This document shows, in pieces, positions 1-12,673 of a stretch of 64,000 nucleotides of DNA. The DNA is from Raillietiella orientalis. Its lineage: Eukaryota. The notes under the pieces were generated by a model, which saw nothing but the letters and a program-made list of their open reading frames with translations, ran no database searches and was not told where the DNA came from. The translations under genes and the position numbers were made by a program. The DNA is taken from assembly GCA_036172245.1 (NCBI GenBank), contig JAYWIR010000027.1, positions 806,001 through 870,000 on the forward strand, given 5' to 3'. Every line of letters begins with the position of its first letter. Position 1 is the first letter of the stretch.

Positions 1-1349
1 GCGAGCATCGTACCCTGGTCTGGGAACGCAAGTTTCTTTCTCGGACCCCGGAGACGACCTTCACCAGAGCCGCTGCCCGACACGAAAGGTCCATGTCGAT
101 CATGTCCCCCGCGCCTTTCAGCCCACCCACGCAGCACTTTTTTTTGGCCTTTGGCCACCGCCTCGTCGCGCGCAGGGAGTAGGGGGGGGGGTAGGAAGGT
201 ATCTCTATGGCCTGTGCCACGAAGGCGGCACGGGGACTTCGTTCTGCCGGTGTTGCCGCGCAGCTTCAGGAAGCGGTTGCGAGAGTACCCCGGGGGAGTC
301 CTCACCTGGCAGCTGCTTTTCCCCCGTCTGCTTCACCTTTCCCACCCTTCCTCCTCCAACCTCGATGTCTCCTGTGGTCGCGCAGCCTGACTTGAGCATT
401 GCTTCGGGCGCTCTCGCATCGTAGGGACTCATCCCTGCTCCAGAGAAGGGAACCTTTGTTAACGAGCACGTCGGCCGTATTCAGGATAGAGGGAGGGGAG
501 ACACGAGCATCTCTTAAACCCGCTCCCTCTATTTTTCCTTGCGCTCCATTCTTTGCCGCTCCAGGCGACGGAGATCGGTTTCCTCCATATCCAGGTTCCA
601 CCAGGCTACCGCGGCTGCCGCTTGGGAGACGGCGCAGGTTGCCCAGGGGAAGGTCCAGTTTCGATCCGGCCGGTTTCCCAGAGTGTAGGTGGGAAGGTCG
701 GCGGGGCATGCTCAAGGACCCCCCGGCGAGGGCAGCCGTTGGAATTCGGTCGGTGACTACAGCGACGGCGGGTATGGAGCTCCGGGGAGGACAGAGGCGC
801 GGGCGAGTCGGGAACGAGATCTGGCAGCAGGGAGCTTCGTGCGATCCCGGAACCTTTTTACTGGCTTCCCGGAAATTCATCAGAGGGCGCACCTTCGTGA
901 GCGCGGGGAAGGGGGGTTTGGCAGCATGAAGCGTGTCTGACAATCTCTCGACATCCGCCGCATGCTTGCCGCCTTACGGCCCCTCGACTCTGGCAACAAC
1001 GGGAGGGAAGAGCGTCTCCAGCAACAATAGCTAGGTCGGAACAGCGGCCGTTGAGAGGAACATTGGATTGGTCGAGGAAGGGGGAAGGTGATCCAGACAA
1101 CAATGAACATCCGTCGCTCCGTAGGCGCCTTACCTTCTACGACCCTGCCACGTGATCTCTGGCAACAGGGAGGACTCCCCTCCCCCTAGCTATTCGGTCA
1201 CAAGCCCATTGCCAGGGACAGCCGTCTGCGGGCTTCCAGGCGTCTGCGGGAGCCAGCGCACGGGGGTCCCACAGACTTTCCTCTCCGGGCCAGGGATGGG
1301 GGCCTCCCTTCGGAGGGACCGTCAACCGGCCCGGCCATTTCGTTTTCAG

Positions 1350-1918
1350 AGTGCCCACGCGTCTTCCTCCAGGGACTTGTCAGCAAGGTCATTAGGTACC
1401 GCGACAAGGCGATCTCAAACCCTGAAGCCGAGGTGGACGAGGAGTGCAGGGTCTTCTCAGAGCATCATCTGCGCTCCCTGTTCCGGGCATTCGACCAGCC
1501 CCCGAGGGGGCGCATCACGGCGGACCAGTACCAAACAGGTGACCTGGCAGGGAGGGCACATGCACGAGAGAGTCATCTCTCCCCGCACTCCCCCTTCCGC
1601 CCTCACAGTCATCTTGCTAGCGATGGACGCCCTCCGTATACCTCTCGATGATCGCTGGCTGGACCTCGGGACAGCCGAGGTCACCGAGGATGAATTCGTC
1701 AGCCACTGGTAAGAACCCTCCTCCGTGCTGGCTGGCGGCGGATGTGGGCCGGCAGCGTCCTCGGGCGCCGGGAGCACCCACCTGACCCCCCTACTGCCTT
1801 GTGTGCTTCCAGCGAACGCGCCTTGATGAGGCAGATCCGTGATCTGGTGCTTCCCAGAGAAGAGGGCAGGCAGTCGTCCGAGGGCATCGCACTCCAAGCG
1901 AGCAGCGGAGGGCGATGA
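1350..1918 (+). CDS. EFCAB10: EF-hand calcium-binding domain protein 10-like; 3' exons only (first exon not found, probably upstream of the window)
   Basis: Exons 1350-1538, 1621-1708 and 1813-1918 have AG/GT borders and consistent phases. They splice to (E)CPRVFLQGLVSKVIRYRDK...VFSEHHLRSLFRAFDQPPRGRITADQYQT-AMDALRIPLDDRWLDLGTAEVTEDEFVSHC-ERALMRQIRDLV...*. This matches the EFCAB10 pattern as I recall it (E.P..YL..L, F..MD...RG.IS..QY..AL..LG, IT...F). An alternative in-frame acceptor lies at 1608. Confidence 0.75.
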
Positions 1919-4900
1919 CGGTCCGGAAGGAGAGACGCGGTCTCGCCATTAAAGAGCCGCCCGATTGGGGTGACCTGTCTTGCGCACTCCCTCCCTCTCG
2001 CTTGTTTGGAAGGACCTGGCTTGCCGGGGAAACGGTCGTCAGACGGGAGGGGGGGGGGGTGAGATGGTCGCTGCTGAAACTCGGGTGGCACGGGAGCTGA
2101 GACTTCAGGGGGACGAGCTGCGGAGGCGAATGAGGGAAGGTCCCGCCTTTTCGCGCGCTCCAGGCAAACGTCCTTTCCAGGAAGGGGACCCTTGCGCGCT
2201 GCCATGCGAGATCCGATGGGCCCTTCGGGTTCTGGGTGTGCGGCAGGACAGCGGACAGACTCTTGCCTTGCAGGGAGGAGCGGCAAGACACCACCCCTGC
2301 CAGCTACATCGGGAAGCAACCCCCGGCCTAGAAGGAGCGAGGGAAGCAGCTGCCCAAGGAGGCTCCGGCGACCGCTAGTCCTTCCTCAGGGATCCCATCA
2401 AGGTTTTCGCGCGCCAGCTGTCCTGCCGGGCATCATCAGAGGAGGCTGCCCGTCAGCCGTTTCCGGAAAGGACAGGTCCGGAACTTCGGCGGCCGCAGCC
2501 TGCCGCCGCACGACCGGAGCCGGCGCTGCGCTTGCGCCGCTCGGCGGAACCAGGTGGAGATGCTGCGCAGTGCTGAATGCGCGGGGTTGCCAGGCACCGC
2601 AATTCCGCTCTTAGGTCACCGCCTTCCGCCACGACCACATCGTCGAGGACTCGGTACGGGAACGGATAAAAGGGGGTGAAGAGGGCACTGGAACGGCGAC
2701 GGGAACCGATTGCTCTTCCTCATCCGAAGATCCTTTAAGCAGACATGGTCTCCGACCTCTTCCCCTCCATTTGAACTGACCTCGTCTTGCGAGGCGATGA
2801 ACGGGTGAACTGGACTCAGCCTGCCCCTCTGGGAGCACCCCGGTGGCCCTGGGAGACGCCGAGAAGAGGAAGTAGGGTGGAAAGCTGAGATGTGGCTCAG
2901 TACATCCGGTCCTCCTCGGTGTGTGTCACCGCCTTGGGCTCCCTCGGTGCAGGACACCCAGGGCAATGACGAAGCGCCGCCAAGAACCCCGAAAGCAGGA
3001 GCGGGGGACCGAAGGGGGATATCCAACGCTCCTCCTGGGAAGAGGGCTGGAACTGTCACCAGCGGCAGGTGGGCAGCGAGCGGGCGGAGGACTCCCAGCT
3101 GCCTCACCACTGCCTCAAGAGGAGGATATCTAGAACCGCGGTCTCTGGCACTACGTGCGCGCCCTCGCCGCCGAGAATTTTTCCAGGAGCGCCAGCGTTT
3201 CTTCCAATACCGCAAGAAAGGGCTCCTCTCTCCCTGCTGGTGGACAGCCACTCCCTTTCTCCAGCGGGGCAGGCGGAGCTGCGGCCAAGGGAGCCACGGA
3301 TGCCTCGCAGGTTCGCTCCCTCGGGTCACGCGGGGAGAACTCTCCCTTGTTCCCGAGGTCACGAATTTCCTACGGACTGGTGTCCACCAGGAGCCTGCGG
3401 ACACGCGCTGCAGATGGCGGATCCTCCTGAGGGAACTACCTCCCTGGCCGAGAGGTCACCTTCCGCTGCGGGGAGTCCAAGTGCCAGCCCGCATCGGCTG
3501 CGAGGGAGGAGGGAGTTCCCTTCGCGGCAGGCAGCGTGCCTCGAGACGTGGGGCGCGCGAGGTGTCAATCCCCCCAGGGCATGTCTGCGGAAGGCCTGGA
3601 GCTGCAGTGTCTCTCCAGGGTCAGGCATCCGGGACCGCAACCCAACCTTTGACCCCTCAGAGACCTCTACGGGACGCGATCGGCTCTTCGTCGTGCGAGA
3701 ATGGAAAGCAAGAGCTAGGGGAGGGAGCCAGTGAAAGCGTCCCTCGCCCCGAAGAGGAAACCCCTTGGTGAAAGGAAGGGCGCCCCCTGGCCTCGAAAGG
3801 AGCAGACGCCTCTGGGGGGATCCTCAGGGTGAAATGGCACTGCCGCGAGACGCTGCCAACCGCTTACGGGTTGCGACAACTTTTCCGGCTTCTCAGCGCG
3901 GGGGGTACGCAGCTTCGTGGCGTACGCGCTTTCTCGTCCGGCGGCGCCGGCACCCGTTGCACGGGGAACCCCGGCTCAAGAGGAGCATCGGTGAATGAGG
4001 AGGCGCACACACCACCCCGGGGGGTAGGGGGGAAAGGAGGCGAACCGAGTCCGTTAGCCGGAACTTCCTGGAGCGCCGCCTGGGGCGGAGAAGTCCCTCG
4101 GGCACCTGGGTTCCCGCGCTGTCAAACCGCCTAGAAGTTTCGCCACTTCGGCGACGAAGTTGGGCCACCGCCAGCTACGTTCAGGCGCTCGCTGCCCTCT
4201 GCACACCGCGGTTCTTGGGCAAGAGGAGGTCCAGAGCCCAGTGACCTTCGTTTCTTCCGTTTACGCCCCCCCCCCCTCATCCTCCGCATTCCAGACCTCC
4301 GTCCCGGGCCGACGGGCATTCTGCTCCCTTTCGCTACTCCGATATCGTTGCCCACTTCGCAATAAACGTCCCGGTGAGATCTGGAAATTTACCCAGCTGG
4401 AAATTCACCTGCTTCCACGCCCTCGGGCGAGATGGCAGACCTTCCTCTCGGCGGCGGGAGGAGAGTTGAGCGAGGACGCGGTCGGGCCCCTGCATCCGCG
4501 GTATCGGAGCAGCTCGCCTTGTGACGGGGCGGAGGGATTACCCCCTAGCCGTCTCCATGCAACGGACAGCGGGCAGCCGACCCTGCCTATACGGGGCACA
4601 GCGTGAGGTCGCCACTTCTCCCGCGCCGTGCGGCATCGCAGGACCGAAAGGACTACCGGCGACCCTTTCCTTCCCCCCACTATCGCCCCCTCCCCTTCGC
4701 AACCCAGAGCTCCCCCGCGAAGCAGCTGTCCCATGGGCGGGTGCCCCTCGCGTGGCCCGCCGCCGCCCGTCTTCTTCTCTCGGATGAACGTTCTGGAGTG
4801 ACCTCCGCATCTCGGATTGCCGCACTGCTTCCCCCAAACGAGGAAACGGGAATCCGCGCGGCGGGGGAGAGGACGGATGGCCCCGGAGCAGGAGGGACTG

Positions 4901-5518
4901 CCCGCGGGAAGCGAAGAGGAGGGAAAGGGAGGGGGAGAACCAGGCATAGGAGAAAGGGAGGGGAAAGGGGCTTGCAGGGAAAGGGAAGAAATGGGGAAGG
5001 ACCGGCCTATTCTTCGTCGGCCCGCGCGGTTCGCGGTTCTCGAGACCGTGGGTCGGGTCGCAGATACGGTTCCCGAGGGAATAATAAGGGCGGGCGATGG
5101 ACGGTCCCGCCGACCGCGTTCCTCCGCGGGGGAACCCTCGGACGCAGTCGTCTGAGGGCTCCCTCGCTCCCCATCTGGACAGCTCTTCGGCCTCTCACGT
5201 GCCGACGGTGGCTCCGCGGGACGGCGACCGCACGCCTCCTCCGTTCGGGCGGTCGCGGGAGGTGGGGAATCGCCCGTAGGGGAGTGGACACTCCCTCGAG
5301 CGGGTCGCGCGGGGCAGCGTGGAGCGACCGGGGTGCCTTGGTGACGCGCTGGCGCAGCCCTCTGCGTGCAGGGAACCGGGGCAGCAGGGTTGCCACCTCC
5401 CCGTAGCGGTTGGCACCACGCGGGAGATCTCCCCCCCGCGGAGGTGTGGCGGTGGTGGTGGTAGTCGCCAGTTGCCCGTTCCAGGGGAGGCCGTCCCACG
5501 CGTTCGCCTGCTGGCGCC

Positions 5519-5657
5519 AGAAGACGGCGGGAAGCCCACAGGGAAGCCCGGCATACCGACGTCCCTACGGGCAGCTTCCGGAAACGCAATCCACACCGCT
5601 GTGGGCCCTCAGTGAGATCTTCGGGCGACGCACCTTTCCTCACTGCCCGATCGACCG
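5519..5657 (+). repeat. Dispersed repeat family A, copy 1
   Basis: Aligns with 7742-7880 and 13125-13220 (gaagcccggcat.ccgacgt.cc.acgggca.tt.c.ggaaacg). Confidence 0.8.
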
Positions 5658-5930
5658 GAGGGAAGCCCCTGCTTGAAGGACTCGAAAAACCCAAGTTCCA
5701 TTCCCCCATCTACCGGTCCTCGCTCCACTTTCCCAGCTGCCTTCGCCGCTCTTCGCCGGCTGAGGACTGTTCCCTTTGATTTCCGTGTGGGTCATGCCGG
5801 TCCCTTTGATCGTTGCACAAATTTCACTGGTTGATTTTTGTCTAATGGCTTGGCAATCCTGGCTGAAAAAGTCACGCCAGTTTTATTGGGTGTCTTCCAT
5901 AAAGACACAGGTGAAAAGGGTTCGAGGAAT

Positions 5931-6160
5931 GACGGCCGGGTATGCGCGCCTTACGCGGGTTCCAGCTGCCCGGAAGGAGCTGACGACTCTTGGGGCGGTG
6001 CGCTTCCTACCGCCCGATGGGCCGGGTGACCTGGCACATTGCCTCTCCCACGCTGCAGGATGCCAACCCTCCTTCCCCGGAGATGCTGAATCGGACTCGT
6101 GGCATTCTGGATGGCCTCGCTCCGGGACGCGAGCGAGCACCGTGGTGTTTCTCGCCCGAG
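5931..6160 (+). repeat. Dispersed repeat family A, copy 2
   Basis: Shares ccgggtgacctggcac, ccggagatgctgaatcggactcgtggc and ccgggacgcgagcgagcaccgtgg with 7876-7996. Confidence 0.85.
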
Positions 6161-7741
6161 GCGTTCGAGGACGCTGCTGTAGAGGGGGGTTTCATCCTCC
6201 ACGCGCCTTCATGTTTCCAGCGAATTTCGTCACAGGGAATTCATCCCGTGCAGCGAGCGTTTCCCGGCGGCGTGGCGATCAGGTTGCGCCGATCGTCCCG
6301 GACTTCGGATGAGCTCGCGTGGGCGGATCGAGGCGCGCCCTTCGGCTGCGTTCCTTGGTCCGACCGGGTGGAGGGAAACTCAGGTTCGGTTCTCGTACCG
6401 GTGAGGAACCGACCCACGCGATGCTTCCCTGACCCACCTCCTCCTGGGTCCGCGTCCCCGGCGAGGTGCGTCCCCATCCCTGGGCTCGGGCTGGAGGACT
6501 CTGCGCCCTCCTGGCCGTCTCTTCCCTTCATTTATTCATTGCAGACGAATGACCCGGCATGCTGGTACTTGACGGCCCTTCTCTGCAGGGAAATCGATCT
6601 CCTTCGTGGCGGCGCTATCCCGTCGTGACAGCGAAGGGCATCCTGGGATCGGGAAGGCCAATCAGGTGAATCACAAATTGCCGTTTATTTATTTATGGTA
6701 ATGTTCCGAGCGCTCCAGTTCATTGTCGCCTCGCTTCCCCGTTCGCTGCGAACGCATCTTTTATTAAGACTTCTCCTTCCCTCCCTCCGCTCCAGGAGCG
6801 GCATTCATCCGTCCTCCCGCGCGTGGGTCCACTCCCGGGACTCCCGCCCTGCCCTCCTCCACCTCCTTTCCCGCCCGGTGCCCGTGCTCGTCCCAGAGGA
6901 CTGGACCGTGCCTCCGAGTGCCTTTCTTTTTCCTTCCTACTTTCCGCGATCGAGGAGGGCCGAGGTGCACCGGTCCCAAACAGAGAGGACCACCCTCTCT
7001 GGGAAGGAGGAGGGGGCAGAGAGGCGTGGCCAACGCAACCAAAAGGGGCCGAGGATGAACCAGCCTCGCGGCGACGAGCGCGACCCCCTAGGGGGATCCT
7101 GCAACGAAGGGAGGGAAGGAGGGGGAGGAGAGGACGGGTTTGCTGCCAGTCTGCTGCTCCACGGGGATTCGGACTGAACCATCTCGACCCCCTCCCCATA
7201 TCCGAACGATGGACTCTCTGGGGACGACGGCCATGCCCTCCTTCTATTCCGGCGATCACCGCGGCTCACGCGCGCGACAGAGGGTGGTCGGCGAGGGGGG
7301 CAGCCGACGGACCCGGAGAGGTCCGGTCTCCCTTCCGAACTGAGAAGTTCGCGGGGTGCGCTGAAGAGCTCTTCCGACCTCCCTTCATCCTCCCAGAGAA
7401 CGTGCGGCAGGGTTGTCACTCTCCAGATGCGGGCACGTTCCTTGGCGCTCCTCCGCGCGGAGGCATGGGGCAGCCGCCGGTTTCCCGTTCCGAGGGAGGT
7501 CCTACGCATTCCAGCGAGTAGGTGGCCTACTGGTACCAGAGGACGGAGGGACGACGAACCGCGGTGCCTGGAAGCCAGGAACGGTTCTGGCGTCGGCAAA
7601 CGTCAGCTGCGCGAGCCTGCAAGAAACGCAGCTCTTGCCGCACTTCGTTTCCGCTTGCCGTTCGCTGAAGGAAGATGCTCGGGCAGATCCCATTGACCCA
7701 GCAGACCCTTCGGTCATAGGGGATCCTCGTTGGGAATTCCC

Positions 7742-8006
7742 GTGAATGGCGGCGGGAAACCACGGGGAAGTCCGGCATCCCGACGTTCCCACGGGCAATT
7801 CCTGGAAACGGGATCCGCATCGCTGAGGCTCCTGAGCGAAGTCTTAGGGCGACACGCTCCCCGCTGCCCGATGTGCCGGGTGACCTGGCACGTTGCCCTT
7901 CCCATGCTGTAGGGTGTCTTCCTCATCCCGGAGATGCTGAATCGGACTCGTGGCTTGCTGAACGGCCTCGCACCGGGACGCGAGCGAGCACCGTGGGGTA
8001 TCTCGT
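7742..8006 (+). repeat. Dispersed repeat family A, copy 3 (longest)
   Basis: The 5' half aligns to 5519-5657 and 13125-13220; the 3' half aligns to 5985-6160. Confidence 0.85.
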
Positions 8007-9049
8007 CTGGGGGCAAGAGGGGAAGAGGATCTCTACGAAGGGTCAGCGCATCGTCGGAGATGGCATGATCTCGTCCCTGCTTCGAGTGTGAAGGGCGTAG
8101 TCCTGAGAGGTCTCTTCCTGCCTCTGAATTTCCGGGTCACCCTTCTCCCTCGTTCTCTCTTTCAGGGCAGTCCCAGCGACCGACCCTTCGTCGGCCGCTA
8201 CTTCCTTCCGTGGTGAACCTCTCCGTGCGGGTGGTCAGTCATTCTTCCGAATGTCTCCGCGCGTGGCGGCGGTTGCAGGACGCACACGAGTCCCTTCCTC
8301 TCCAAGCAGGAAAAAGAGGACGTCTTCCAGAGAGTCCATGCGACCCCAGACCCGCGTCTGGAGCCTCCATTTCCTACGACCGCGGCTAGGAGCGCAAACT
8401 GCCTGGGTGTCCGGGGGGCGACTTCTCTCCGTTCGGGATGACCCCGACCATGACCGTGAGTAAGGAAGGGTGCTGGACGGACGACTTGGCGGCGGCTTCC
8501 AGAATGGGTCGGTCCTCCTCGCGGCCGTCGCATCTACCCACTGCGTCTATTCGCCATGGAGAAGCCGTCGCCATTCCGCCTGCATCGGGAAGGTCTCCTC
8601 CATCGAATTCCGATTCCCATGGGAACGCACCCGCTTTGCGCCTCCGACACGCCGTGGAGGGATTTCCCGTGCTTGAAAAGTTTCGCCCTGCGAACGACTC
8701 GAAACGGGAAGGGACATTTCATGCAGCACCAGTGTATTCAAGTTTGGTACGCGCAAAGCACGCTCGCGTGGGAGGGGATTTTCCGTGATGTCTGTCACCC
8801 GGTCATCCGGCTGGAAGCTCCCTTGAGAGCTCCAATGCCGAGGACGCCCGGCAGGCTTCACGCGTTCCGGCTGCGCTGAATGCTGAGCGCACACACTCAC
8901 CCTCTTCCTGCCTTCGTTTCCTAACTATGCGAGGGAATCTTGGACCACTCCCCATTCTCCGGGTCTCAGGGTAGCAAGGTCCACGCCGCCAGCGCCCTTA
9001 CCGAGTCAGCTGCTCTTCTGCCCTTGGGAGGGTTCGGGAAGGAATCACC

Positions 9050-9965
9050 GGGTGCTGGAAGGCGTCTTCTGCATCCTTGTCAGGATGCGGCAAGTTCCTG
9101 TCTTAGGATTTCCAGATAGGACCATCTTGACGCTATCCTCAGGAAGAGGACCTCCAAATAGATGGCGTCTTTGTCGTCCCTGGCGTTGCCCCACGCAGCC
9201 ACGGTCCCTCCGCGTAGACAGCGGAGTGCTGCTAGGGATGCGGACGGCGTGACGGAGTCGCGCAGGAAGAGACGCTTCAGAACGTCTCTGAGGTTGACGT
9301 CGGGGAACCGCAGGAACGCAGCACAGCACTCCCACTGGGAACGGAGGGCACCACATCCACAAGCAGGTACAGGAGGGACTCTCTTTCTCCTTACCTGCTG
9401 CAGTTCGGGTTCGCACCCCCCCCTCGGGTCCAGTGGCATCGGAAGGCATTGCACGGGAGACCCCATTATGCAACAGCATGATCGCCGACTCCTTCCAATT
9501 CAAGGGGAGGGAAGCACTGTTCCAGCACGCTGGGGGCCACTTCACCCCCTCCGGAGGAATTCTTAGCAGCTCTCCCCAGCATAACAATCCTTGTGGAGGG
9601 GTACTCGGGGTCGTCGCGCAGTCCGTCAGCTCCTGAGTTGTCCTTGCACCCAGATGTTGCACCTAGTCCATGAACAAACCCTCGCCGCCCAGGTGGGAGC
9701 GGCAAGGAGAGGCTGCATCTCCGCAGCACCCGCTGCGCACTGCGGTGATCCTCGGAGGCAGCAGACAGCTGAATCTCCTGTCGTCCCGCGAACGGTAGCG
9801 CCTGGTTGCAGGAAACCGTTCGCACGTGGGCGAGGAACCGGGAGCAACTCCCGGAACAGACCCGAAGATCCCTGCCCTGGTCCTACAACAACTGCCTACT
9901 CCGAGAGATCCTTGGAGGAGATTCAGGGAAGAGTGCGTAAGCAGGAAGAACCTTTCTTCACGCAG
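9050..9965 (-). repeat. Dispersed repeat family B, copy 1 (decayed, probably formerly coding)
   Basis: 9060-9550 aligns with 15400-15860. 9800-9965 is the reverse complement of 27200-27370 (tcctacaacaactgcctactccgaga.atccttggaggagat.cagggaagagtgc). Confidence 0.8.
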
Positions 9966-9969
9966 CGCC

Positions 9970-10700
9970 GCCCTCCCTGAGGGAGCATACGGGCAATAGC
10001 CTTGAGGCTAGTTGGGAGGTATCCATGGAGGTCTCTGGCAAGAGAATAGATGACTCAGATAACGCTGGTTGGCTTTCATTCGAGTGCGGCACTGGTAGCG
10101 GTTGAAACTGGATCCTCCGATGAGGACCGGGACAATGGGAGTAGACCTCCGGGTCCTTCCAGGAATCGAGGAGTGGATTGACCACTCCGGTTGCTCAAAG
10201 GAGCGGGCCCCTATTCCAGCAGGACCCTCCGTGTCGTACTCATGGAGTAGGTGTGTCGCCACCACCTCTCCAGAGAGTGCAGAGAAGCGGGCCGATCCCT
10301 TCGGGGAAGCTGCGTCCTTCTGAATTTCGGAAGCGTCCCTTCGAGGTTCTCTTCAGAGGAGTAAACAGGAATGAATCCCTTGCGGGTTCCCTTCGGAGAA
10401 GAAATTCCTGATAGGGTATTTTTTCCGGGTTCCCTACGGAGAAGAAAAAAGTGGAGTGGACCTCCCCCCGGGTTCTCTCTGGAGAGAATAAGGAAGGAGA
10501 TTCCCTTCGGGGTTCTCTTTCAGAAACAACCAAGATGGAAGTGATCTCCATTCTGGGAATCTCTCTCCAGGAGTGAGGAACAGACTCCGAGCTCTTCCAG
10601 GATTCATAACGCAATCCATTCCCGGGGTACTCCCTATCTTGAAAAATTACACGCACCCTCGGGTGGCATGGAACAGTGCTGAAGAGTTGCGAAAACAGTG
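9970..10700 (+). mobile_element. tRNA-headed SINE-like family C, diverged copy lacking the head
   Basis: Colinear blocks are shared with 19930-20560: cgctggttggc, cttccaggaatc.aggagt, ctccggttgc, ggttctcttcagaggagtaa, cgcaccc.cgggtggc.tgga. Confidence 0.7.
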
Positions 10701-11758
10701 GAGACAGAAAACAAGGATTTCCATCATCCAGGAGAAGGAGAAGAGGGACTGGGCAGGAGAAGAGAACTGGACGAGTGGACGAAGGGCCAAATTATGAACG
10801 CTACGACCCCGAGGGACCCGCCCGGAGAACTTTTGCGCTGAGGCGAGCTGCTGAGTGTTCTGCTGGGTGAAGACCTGCAGTGGCCCCTGGTGCTCCTAGA
10901 CGCACGCACCCTTCCTTCAAAGTGGCGGTAATGGGCGCCGTTGCTGCTGCTGCTGCTGCACCGGGTCTCCCGTGCAACGCCCGCCGGCATCACCGGAAAC
11001 GGCATGCCCAGGTGACGGTCGGAGGCGGTGAGACCCGAGGCAGATCCCCCCCACACCGGCACCTCGCCGAACTCGCGCCATGCAGCGTCAAACTGACCGG
11101 ACTGAGCGAGAAAATCCGAAACCTGACCCACCTTCGAGGGAAGGAACTTCCGGCGCGAAGCCGGCCGCGCTTGAACCGCCCGAGAACGGGAAGGACCAAG
11201 GATTTGACTGCTCCCCCTTCCGAAAATCGGAGGCTCTGGGGACTCCTGGAGCTCGCTCTGAACACGAAAAAGAAGGGAGAGGAGGGGTGGAGGAGGAACC
11301 CTGCTCTCTTCCGTCCCCGTTCCCCCAAAACGAGCCAGGCGAAAGTTTCGGAGTTCCCGTCGGTCGGGCGGCTGGTCTCCCGCGCGCCGACGCAGCGCCT
11401 GCCGGAACAGATCGCACGCCTCAGCCGCCCTCCGCTGTCTCCCATTCTGAACGTGCTTGGCACGCCATTCCCGTGGATGCCTCCTGGTTGCCTCTCCTGA
11501 GCTGCTAATGACTCCCAAGAGCCATTCACGAGCATTAAGGGGGATCAAATACGAATTGGCTGGAGCGAGGTAGATGGTGCCCGGGTGTGCTGGCACGCGA
11601 CCCCGGCAGGCGCTTCCTCCCCCGCCAACGGAGTGCTTTCCTCTTTCCATATTTTTTTTTTTTTTCCGTTGGCCACGTGCTGGAGAACCGTCCGCCGCCT
11701 CTTAAGGGGGACGGCCATCCCGAGTTCCGAGCTATCTCCTGGTTTCCAGGGGGGTTCT

Positions 11759-12673
11759 TTGAGCTCGCGCGATCTTCCTGGGTCTTTTCAGCGGGAAGCG
11801 GGAAAGAGCGAGAAGAGCACTGGGAGCACAGCCTCACGTATCGAGGCCGTTCCTAGTCCCGAGTTGTCTCCTGCGGTTTCTAGAAGACCGCGGTTCGTGG
11901 GCGAGCACGGCATCCACGCGTGGTCCTGCACCATGGCAGCCTCCTGCCGAAGCGGAAGAGGGCCCGCATCGGGGCAGTCGCCGGTGACCGCAGATGGGGA
12001 GCGCCAAGTCCTGCGGAACCGTCGTCCTACGAAGCTCTTTGACCCTCGTCCACGCCACCCGGGGGTGCGCGTTAACTCTTCGGGGTGGGGGTGGGATGGT
12101 ACCCCAAGAGGAGGACCACCCCACGAATCCGGGGTGACTCCGGAGTCTGCGTCCGGCAGGGGACCCTCGCCCCGATCGTCCATGAAGGGACCCTCTTACC
12201 CTCTTCCTCATTCTCTCCGAAAGGGTCGGTCTTCCGGAGGGTATCACCCCCCATCCCACTTCTCCAGAGGGAACCCTGGCGAGGGAACCGCTCCTCCTTG
12301 TTACTCCTCTGAAGAGAACCCCCTGAAGCGACGCTTCCCCATTTTGTCTGAAAGGCGCTCCTCGAAGGGACCAGCACGATTCTTCACACCCTGGAAAGGC
12401 GATCCTTCGAAGGAGGAGGGAGGGCTTCCTTATCGCAACCGGAGGGGAACTCCGTAGGACTCCTTGATTCCTGGAAGAACTCCGGAGGGTTCTGGAAGAC
12501 TTCCAATCCCGGAGGTCACGCAACGGGGGAGCATCTGGGGGTTTCCGGCTTCCATCGTTGTCGCACCCGCATAGGCCAACCAGCGGCATCTTGCGGGGAG
12601 AACTCGAAGCGAAACCCACGACGCACCTCCCTATTTCTTTGCCGTCGATTCTTCTCCCCGGGCAGGATTCGAA
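11759..12673 (-). mobile_element. tRNA-headed SINE-like family C copy; left arm of the 904-bp inverted repeat
   Basis: Reverse complement of 19930-20833 (x pairs with 32592-x). Mirrored ORF translations in the track are identical. A B-box remnant (ttcgaatcc) lies at 12665-12673 on the minus strand. Confidence 0.9.

Noticed and set aside
9800..9940. Gypsy integrase-like peptide (TWARN...LPWSYNN) on the + strand
   Set aside because: It is a single weak motif with no DDE or HHCC context, a stop in the paralogous copy, and it lies opposite to the strand that looks constrained elsewhere in family B.
10573..10797. Myb/SANT-like peptide (WNSAEELRKQW)
   Set aside because: It lies within the family C body, and the homologous copy does not preserve the motif.
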